A stretch of 64,000 nucleotides of DNA from a virus (taxonomy: Duplodnaviria; Caudoviricetes). Made by a program: the position numbers and the translations under genes. Below the pieces are notes generated by a model, which was not told where the DNA came from, did no database searches, and saw nothing but the letters and a program-made list of their open reading frames with translations. Location of the stretch: positions 1 to 64,000 of the IMG/VR virus record IMGVR_UViG_3300043447_000710. One strand, 5' to 3'. The first letter of the stretch is position 1, and every line of letters begins with the position of its first letter. Shown one piece after another: positions 25,803-35,500 of this stretch.

Positions 25803-26302
25803 TAAAACCTCCGCACGATTCTAATAATATGAGTGGTATCTAGACTGCGCTGCACTTCTCCAAAATGTTGGATCGTGTCTACAACTCCTCCAGGTGCGCC
25901 GGCTGTAAAAGCGTTAGTTATAGAGGTAGCTTTGAGATAAACAGCGGCACTTTGATAACTATTAACACCGACTGGTAGTAAATCGTGGTTTACTGCGGCT
26001 TCTACCAAAACGCTATCTACACCAAGATCTGCCAGCAGCTCTACATCTAACGGTAAAGATCTCCAGCGCGTATCTACGTCTTCGGCGATATCACCTTGAG
26101 GATCTAAGAGAATGGGAATCATTCTCAGAACTGGTACGTAACCGATAATATCGGGTAACGCTTGCCAAAATAAATTGGGTTGGGGAGGTAAGTCTGGGAA
26201 TAACCAAGACCCGCCACCAATAGCTATTACCGGATTTAAGCTTTGACAATATGCTACTAAGCTCGCGGCAATTCCAGAAGTAGTAGTTATCGTTCTGTTC
26301 AT
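25802..26302 (-). CDS. hypothetical structural (baseplate-like) protein
   Basis: 166 aa, coupled; structural operon context. Confidence 0.5.
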   Translation of the reverse strand: MNRTITTTSGIAASLVAYCQSLNPVIAIGGGSWLFPDLPPQPNLFWQALPDIIGYVPVLRMIPILLDPQGDIAEDVDTRWRSLPLDVELLADLGVDSVLVEAAVNHDLLPVGVNSYQSAAVYLKATSITNAFTAGAPGGVVDTIQHFGEVQRSLDTTHIIRIVRRF

Positions 26303-26592
26303 TGTTTTACAAAAACTTCTGGTAAAGGTAAGGTTAAGCCTGCACAGCTGTGAGTGCTATCGCCACAAAATGTAATAGCCCCGTCTAAAATTATCGAGTG
26401 ACAAATAATAGATTTTCTTTCTGCTTGGGTGTAATCAACTCGAAAATTTACGCTTGGAGTAATAGTCGCTTTGTGTAGCAAACCGTTCCAATGCCAAGTA
26501 GCTCCATTATTACTAACGGCAGGAAATAACGTTAAGCTATGAGTTAGTTTACAACCAGGACATTTAAATTCAAGCGCTTTCAAAATCTTCAA
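26299..26592 (-). CDS. DUF6527-like small Cys/His protein
   Basis: CPGC..H, WHWNG, TPSV, CHS..DG.I.FCGDSTH..AG.T..LP. Confidence 0.7.
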   Translation of the reverse strand: MKILKALEFKCPGCKLTHSLTLFPAVSNNGATWHWNGLLHKATITPSVNFRVDYTQAERKSIICHSIILDGAITFCGDSTHSCAGLTLPLPEVFVKQ

Positions 26593-29500
26593 CCTCTACA
26601 TCTAAATCTCTAAAAGGATTAGCTTTTAGCCAGCCGCTAGCAAACTGACCGGCTAAAGTATCTTCGCCTACTTTTAAAGTCGCTGTATACTCAACTTCAG
26701 TTTCGCTATCTACAGGAAGACTAGTGCTGTTAAGAAAGTCTTCGATCGCGGCATCTGCAGTCCCGATAGCTAAGCTGGGCAACTGTCTTAGCGCTTCAAC
26801 TTGATAATCTTCCTCAGCTTCTCCTCTAGCCCCAAACCGCCGATCTGTAGTCAAAGAACTAGCAACCGTTGCTAACAAAGCAGTTCCTAACTCTGCTAAA
26901 TAAGACCTGCCGCCTGCTTTTATATCGCTGCCCGCGACTCTATGGCTGAGTCTAGAAATCGATTCAAATAGTATCTCGCTAGTTACGCCTTTAAGCGTGC
27001 CGAATACTTTACCTTCACTAGCGACAGTCTGCCGCAAACGGTCTACTTGAAACAAAGCCGCGCTACTCCAACGACGATGCTCGCCCATCTCTGCGACTTG
27101 AGCTACTGCTTGCGCCGCTCCATAAGCGTGCTCGGTAAGATTGCTGTCGGTTTGACTGCTTGTTATAAATAACGCCAAACCAGGAGCTAAGAAAGCGCTC
27201 GCCATTGAATGCCGAGCGGAAGTCTTAGCCGTCTTAGCGTCTGCGTCTAGCTTTGTATTGGCTTCTGTAATTGCCGCAGTCTTAACCTCTTGCGATCTAG
27301 CTGCTATCTTAGCTCCTTCTGCAATTAAAAATTCAGGTACGGTTCCAGCTTCTTTAGCTTTACTATAATTTTCACTAAATTCTACAGCGTCTAAACTAGG
27401 AGCTTCCTGAGCGCTCGCCGAAAACATTAAAGAGTCTTCGCTTTTTCGCATTTGGGCGACACCACCTAGAAAGTGAGAAAGTTCTTGCCAGCCACTAGTC
27501 TTACCGTCTCCTTTTGCCATAGCAATCGCAAACATCTCACTAGCTTTTGCTTTGATAGAGCTGTCAGCATCGCTAAGCATGTTATTAAAAATTCCAGCTA
27601 CTTGCTCGGCTTGTCTGTAAGCGCGCATTGTTTCGATCGGCACGCCGCCGTCGCTATCTAACACCCCTTTACCATAAGTGCTTTCAATCCTTTCTTTGAC
27701 ATCGTGCATCGCCGCAAACAACTGAGATCCAGCCTCATAGCTCATTACCGCTCGCTGGCGAGGATCTGTAATCTGATCTCTAGTAGACGAAATCAATAAG
27801 CCCTCAATAGCCAAACTAGAGCGATTGACAAAATCACGAAACTCAGTCGCCCCTTCGATCGAGTCGAATCGCAAGTGCTTGATAACCGCTGCGGTTTCGC
27901 GCATTCCTACTAAGTCTTCAGCAGTAATTCCTGTAGCTTTTAAATTGTGATAGATAAAGTTAGTTGTCGCCCGCTGCCAAAAGTTTGCTTTAATCGCGTT
28001 AAAGCTAGCTTCACTACCATCCGTGTCTAACCCTAATTGCTTGGCTGCAGCAATACGCTGTTCTGCGGTTTGAAGTAAGTCCGCACCAGTAACCGGATCG
28101 AAATACAAGCTCTCAGCGGCATTTATCGCTCTCTCGTTTAAGCCATCCCCGAGCCCGTACTCTAACCTGACATCTTGTAAAGCCTTAGCTGTAAATCCTT
28201 CGACCGAGCCGCCGCTACCATCGCTCACAAAACTAGCCTTAGCTAAGTTTCTAAAGCTTTCAAAATCAACCTCTTTAAAAGCCATCACTTCTGCAGAGCG
28301 CTGTGCCGTACTCATAGCTAATAAGTCGATGACTGAATGAGCTACAAAAGCGTCCGGCTCTAACATTGCCGCATACTTACTATCGCCAGTGCTTTTAGCC
28401 AGCATTTGCATTCGTTCGTACCGCTGTCTTAAAAATTCATAGCTGCCGTCGCCCTTACCATTCAACCCAATTAACTTCTCTGCTGCTCCAGTAGAAGTGA
28501 TACCTAGGTAGTCGTTAAGTAAAAACAAGGCTCCAAAAGCAGTAACCTTAGATCGTTGCTGTGTTGTTTCACCAGGTAAGTGAAAGATGCTCTCTCCAGC
28601 GTCTTGCCCTAAGAACTTGCGAAGAGCTGGCAATCTTTCCTCATCAGTCGTGTACTCGCTAGTAAGCAAATCATAGGCAGTCATGTCGCCATACGTTCGT
28701 TCGGTCATAATCGAGTCCAACATTCCTCGATCCAACTTCTGTTTTAAGCTGTCGCGAATAGACTGTTGAACGTTGGCTAACATTCCGGTTAGTGCTTGAG
28801 CGCGATTAAAGCTTGCCGCTCCCAACCTTTCAGGATTCGCAAAGGTTTGTACGAGTAGTTCTTTAGCTTGTCTGGCCTTATCAGCTTCGAAACTATTTTC
28901 CCAATCGCCTCCCGCCGGAAAAGCTCTTTCTAACGCAGAAGTCATAACTGATGTAAACTTGTCACCGTCAGCTTCAGCATAAGTACTTTGAACTCTGCCA
29001 TTAGTGTAGACCTCACTTAACGCTCTAGCGACAGAAGCTTTAGAACCCAGTAATGTAATAGCATTGTAAGCCTCGCCGATTAAGTTCGTACCAGCAGCCC
29101 CAATAGTCATCGATAGTGCTGTAAAAGCTTTATTGCTTAAAGCCGTACCTCCGGCATTGCTGACAAATTTAGCAATACCAGCCAACGCCCCGCTTAAAGC
29201 CGTTTCAGAATTAGTTACCATTAAGGTTTTGTCTAAAAGCTCTGTATGCGAATAGGCTAATAAGGCTTCAGTGCTAGAATTTTCTATTGTGGTACGTAAG
29301 GCAGTTCTGACCTTACCGTCGTAATTCTCAATTCCTGCTAACAGACTAGTTCTAGCAGCAGCTAAAAATTCTGGGGAGTTATCGTTTTTTAAGGCTATGG
29401 GTTTGAGCACTCCTCTGTGAAACTCAGCTACGCTTTCAATAGTTCGTAAGTTCAGATCGCCTGCATTAGTAACGCTTTTGTCTAAATCTTCTAATCCTGG

Positions 29501-32500
29501 CAACACGCCACGATGTTGCTCGATTGCGTTGTAGACTCTAGCACTACTAAAGACTCTAGCTTCTTCACTTAAAAAAGCTAGCGGGATACCTGTATAGGCA
29601 GCGACATGTCGCCGCATCCCAGCCTCAGCAGTTTTACCGATAGCTTCGGTTTGTTCTAAAAGTTCGCCGATAGCTACTTTCTTGTCTGCTAAAGCTTTAC
29701 TTGTAAGTTTATCGTAGCTATCTATTTCTGAAATTTGCGATTTTAGAAATTCAACTTCTTCCGCGCCAATAATATAGCCGTTATGTTTGTTACGTACTTC
29801 AGTGAGCTTTTCAGTAGCTAATTCGCGCTTGCCTAAACTACGCTCTTCTAACTCCGCCTGACTAATTTCTGGTAACGTTACTAGCTCTAAGCCGCCATTC
29901 GCTTTCAGAGTTTCGATTGTAGACTGGGCGTGCGCGAGTTTAAGGCTATCTAAAATAAATTCACTGGTCCTAGAATCTACTAGGTGCTGATTCTTTTCTA
30001 ATACTTTTTGCCATTCCTGAGAATCTTTAACACTCGCCGCTGCAATAAATGCAGCTTCAGCTTCTCGCAAGCGCTTACCTATAACCGAAGTCGTAAGGTG
30101 TTGCGGTTCGATCCTAGAATACTTACTAACTAACTCAGTTACAAACTCCGCTCCTACAGCATCTTGGCTGCGGTCTAGCATTCCCATTAAGGAATGTTGG
30201 AGCATACGAGCGGTCGCCGCAGTTCGATCTTTTTTTACCCGGCGCTCGAACGCATCTAGAAACTCTATAGCTTTAGCAAATGGCGAACTAGCGCGAATAG
30301 CGGCCGCAAACTGTTTGCTATTAGAAGTTCGTCTGATTAATAACTGATGAGTTTTGTTTAAATCTTCTCCGGTTAGACCCAAAAAGTAATTTAAGGAGTC
30401 TAGGGTAGACGTAGATTTAGTACGTTCGCTAATGGTTTCTATAGTTGGTGAAAAGTTAACTATAGCTGGAGACTCAGGTAGTTTGACAGCTTTATTTAAG
30501 AACTCAGGATTCTCTAAAGTGTAAATATTATGTAGTAATTTATCTGCATCTACGTATTCATTTTTCTGTAGTTTTTCTAGGCTTGAGACCAAACTCTCTT
30601 TGATAGCATTAGCTTTAGCGATTTTCGAGCGCTCGTTTTTAAATTCAATCTCAGCTAAGCGTTTAGCATACTTAGGCACAAAGTATTCTTCATACAGGCT
30701 CATTCGTTTTTGTAAGTGCTTGCGAGTTAAGTCGCGCTCTTTCTTCTGCTCTAATAAGTCTACGTAGCTATGAATCTCTTTTTCATAACGCCCGATTACT
30801 GCGTAACTATCGCCGTCAAAGTCCCCACCTTGAGAACTAAAGCGGCCGTAAATCGGAAGTAAAACAGTCGTTGCATTGCGCTTAGAGTCTAGAACTACAG
30901 CCGTGCCCATGTCTTTAGCTGCTTGATTCAACTCATTAACGGACATAACAGAATAACTTTGATCTAACTGAGAGGCAGCGCTAGGCCCCCCAGCTCTAAG
31001 TACTAGTACGGTATCCTTCCCATAATTCTTTCCTTCTAAGGCACCGAGTCTGCGTAAAGCACTTTGGGTTAAAGCTGATGTAAAGCGAGAACCTAAGGCT
31101 AGTTCGTCACCGCCAAGCAAGTAGCTAGCTACAGCAGTACTAGACACTCCACTGGTTTTAGTTTTTTCACCAAACGAACGTTGGGCTAAAGCTCCAGCTA
31201 AAGCTTCGTCTACTAGAGACCTGTTGACGATAGCTAATCTTTGAACTTCTTTAAGTGCTTCAAACTCACTACTGCTGATAGTACCGTCAGACTTCTGAAT
31301 TTTTTCTATTACTTCAAAATAATTAGGCAGAATCTCGTCCAATTCTCTGCGGTGCCGAATGATTCGAGGAACGAAGTTTTCAAACTCGGTTGGCAATTGA
31401 GTTAATATATCGTTGCCTAAATACAGTAAGCTTTGTCCTAACAGAGCCTTACCTTTAACACCTGACTCTAGAAACTTAACATGATAGTTGCCGTCGTCTA
31501 AAGCCAAAGCTTGAAGCTGTGGCATTAATATCGCTCGACTGGTGTGTAAGGTATCATAAATCCTAGCAGCCTTGTCAGCAGCAGTATTATCTCCACTAAG
31601 CCGATACCCAACTTCTGCTTTTTTGAAACTCAGAGCTTGCGCTCTTAAATTCTCAATATGCGAACTTTCGTTATAACCTAAAGCTCCCGCAATCTTACTT
31701 TCTAAAGCTATGTCTGACTCTAGCGCGTAACGGTCTAAAAGCGCAGACAAATTGCGAGCAGCTCCGCCACGCAAGCTTCCACTTTGGCTAGAGCTCAACT
31801 TTAACAAGTTTAAAGCGTGTTCGTAAACTACATCACCTTTAGAACTGACTTGATTGGCTAGATCTAAATATTGAGAGCCGGCTCTGTCTATAAACCAACC
31901 TATATGAGCGCCACCAGCATTATCAGCTATGGTAGTTGCTAAAGCTTTGACTTGTTGGTAAAACTCACTCCCAGAAGCCGCATCGAAATAACTGACTCTA
32001 GAACCTTCAAATAATACGTCGCCACTGGCTAACGGAGTCCCTGACTCACTAGTTCTAAATAGATCTTTATCTCGCAAGAACTCAAACACTTGAATGTTGG
32101 CGTTTACGTCAGCTAAAGCTTCGTGCGCCATATAAGTTCCATAGTCGCCGCTGGCTAGTAAAGCTCTAGCATTTTCATCGCCGGCTCTAGCTAAGTCTCT
32201 AAGATTTACCCGCTCGCTAGCTTTGTAGACATTTCCTAAAGAGTGTTTGGTGCTAGCAATCTCTCTCTTTAATTTAGGTCTATCTACGTCATTAACCGTA
32301 TCTATAGTTCTAAACGTACTTAAATCTAGACCTAACTTAGCAAATTCAGGAGTTAAAGTTGGAATATCAAACTCTCTAACGTTGTGACCGACTAAGGCAG
32401 CGTCTCGATAGCTACCACTCAGAAGTCTTGTAACTTCTTGTAGAGCACTATTTAAACTATCAAACTGTCCGGGCTTGTTAGCCTGCCAAGCAATTTCGGT

Positions 32501-35500
32501 ACGATTTTGTCCGTCAGAGAACACAAACGCTATTTCTGAAATCGAGTCGCTAGGATAATAACGAGGATCGCTTTTAGGAAAACGCTTGTCCATAAGTCCT
32601 GAAGTTTCGATGTCAAAGAACACGAACTTAGTGCCCAGCTCGTTCTTACGTCCAGAAAATCCAGTCGAGTCATCTAAGCGCCGCCGGTCGAAAAGCCCTG
32701 CTAAGGCTAAAGCTCGCTCGCGCAACTGCAAACTTTCGCTACCTGAATAGAAAGAAATCGTTTCTCCTAACAATTTACCAGTAGTAGCTAATCTTTCTAA
32801 AGCACTAGCGTCTCCACTAGTTACGGCGCGGGCATAAGTATCGAAGTAGTTATTCTCCCCAAAAACTCCTAGACTTGCGTGTATCTGACTGGTATCTTTT
32901 AAACCACCTATAGCCATTCGGTAGTCTGCAACGCTTTGAGACCCCGCAAAGGGTGAGATGAAATTTACACTTTCTACACCTCCTGTATTGGCAAATTTTA
33001 CTAACAATCTGTAAGCCGCAGCTACTTCAGTTAGTTCGTTAGGATCGCTAACGTAGCCTCGCATCCTATCGATTTGCTGCTTACTCAGTGCTAAGGAGTA
33101 ATGATATTCAAGATTAGCACTATCGCTAGAACCCGCAGCTTGTTGGATTTTAGAAGGAGCCACTCGAACGCCAATCTGGAAAGGAATCGAAGCTTCTGAT
33201 GCTGCATATACGTCGGCCGCTCTAGCTACTATCGCTTGATAAACATCGCCGCTACGATCTCTATCAGTCAGGTTTCCGGCGCGGTACTTTTCTTTAAGTT
33301 TATAAATCTCTGTTTCTTTTACTAACGCATTACTGCCGCTTTTACGAAATTCAGCTTTTGATTTGAATAATAAGTCCATTGCTGCTTGAGAATGTTTTTG
33401 CCCAAACAGAATCTCTTCGTTAACCAACCCAGTATTGCGATCGATTAAGTTTAGTTCTAGCTTAGAACCTAATAAAGGCGCCGTTGCAATCTGCTGTCTG
33501 CTGGAGTCTAATACCTGCAAACTAAGGCCGAACAAACTAGACACTACCGAAGCAGCGCGTACCGTAGCAGAACCCTGGTTGAAGCTCCGTACTCCTTTAA
33601 TAGTTTCTGCATCTTTACCGGCTGCTGTAAATAAGCCTACTACCTTTTCAATAAATCTGTTATCCCCGGCTTCTAACGCAAGGACTAAAGTCTCTTGTAA
33701 TTGTGCGACCGGCGCTAACGTACCTAAACTAGAGTACTTACCTGTTTTACTGTCTATTAGATTGAATAAGCCTGAGTTGTTTATAAACAGTCCGGCATTC
33801 TTTGTTAAAACGTCAGAACTGCCAATGCTGTCTTCAAACCCTGCCTTTTTAAAAGAGGTTGTTAATAACGCTTTTAGCTTTTGACTTTGAGCTTCTAATT
33901 TAAGCCGCTCTACTGGGTCTTTACTTTTAGAGCTTAAATCAGCTGTAAAGTAATTTGCAAACAACGCAGTAGCTAACTTGTCAGTACGCAATCGTTGCAC
34001 GAAGGCTTGAGCTGTGTCTGCAGTAGTCAGTACGTCTAAGCCAGACTCGTAATTAAATCCTTTAAGCGAAGCGCTAGCAGCCATCGAGTAAATCTCATTA
34101 TCGTTGGCAGTTCTAGAAGATAAGCCTAGCCCGCTAAGCGTGCGATCGTAATAGTCAAAAATACCAGACTCATCAAACCGTGCCGGACCTTTAACGTTTT
34201 CAACGCCAGGACGCACCGCCCCGTTAAACAAAATCGTATAGCTAACATGGCCTACCAACCTTCCGTCTAACTCAGTGAAATTTAATATATCGTTAGTAAC
34301 TGCGACTCCCTCCTGCACGTCTCGAAGACGTCCAGAAATCTTAATTGCCGCTCTAGCTGCTTTAGTAAAAGCTCCTTTCTCATCGGCATATGGAGCTAAA
34401 GCTACATATAGTCTGGAGCTGTCTCCGTCAAACGTTCCGTACTGAGTAAAACTACCGCCATCGTCAAAGCCGTATAGACCAGGCTGTAACGTGACTTTCA
34501 TGGCACCTTCTTGAGATAGCGAGATTCCTCGAATAAATTTAAACTTGTCCTTGACTTTTAAATTAACTGCTTTGCGTACGTCTTTGTTTTCCCATAATTG
34601 CTCTGCAGTTAAGTCAGAGTCATCTAAATAGGATTGTAATACGTTATTTCGGTACGTGTCGATCGCATTTAAAGTTTTAGCGTGTAATAATTCTTGTTCT
34701 CCATAGTAAATGAAACGTCCCGGAGCAAACGCTTTTTGTAGCAACGCCCGTTGGCGATCGCTAGCAATATTAGCTGCGTGTAATTTTCCACCAACAGCAT
34801 CATAACTACTAACACTTTCAATTTGAATTTTAGTGTACTGCTCGTAGCCGTAATAACTTTGATGTTTGGCATTAACGTGCATAAAGTCAGAGAGCTGATG
34901 CAAACCAGTACCGATCAGCACCCGTTTCAACTTGGAATTAGTAGCAAAACCTCTTAGCTCAGCTTGTGGGTTGGCATCGTTAATTCTTGCCATAGTAGTT
35001 GGGTCTTCCCCGTTAGCTACTGCAGTTTGTAAAGCCGCAAACTGCAATGGCGCTAATACCGTATCGACGTTCGCAGAAATTGCTTCTTCTCGGCGCAAGT
35101 TAAGTAATTTACCATTAACACTTTCGTAATATTTACTTAGGTCGTTTTGCTGTAAGAGATCTTTATAAAATTCAGACGAGTATTCGATTGCCGGCTTAGT
35201 TCCAGTAAGGTTCTTTAATCGCTGGGGAATTTGCTCGGCTTTACGGTAGGGAACTAGTAATATCGATTGGCTAGAAGTTTCTAAATAGAGCTTTTGCTGT
35301 AGCTCTTTTAACCAATCTTCTTTATCTTTATACCCGTCGAGCTCGGCTCCTAATTTGTCTAAGGTAGTAGTAGCTAGCTGTTTGCTGCCAGAAAACAAAG
35401 TAGCGATGTCATAAAAAGTAGTTGTTTCTGCAGCCATAGATTCTAATTGTGAGTCGTGATGGCGGCGATCGTAAATCTTTAGATTGCTAGTCTGCGCGGC

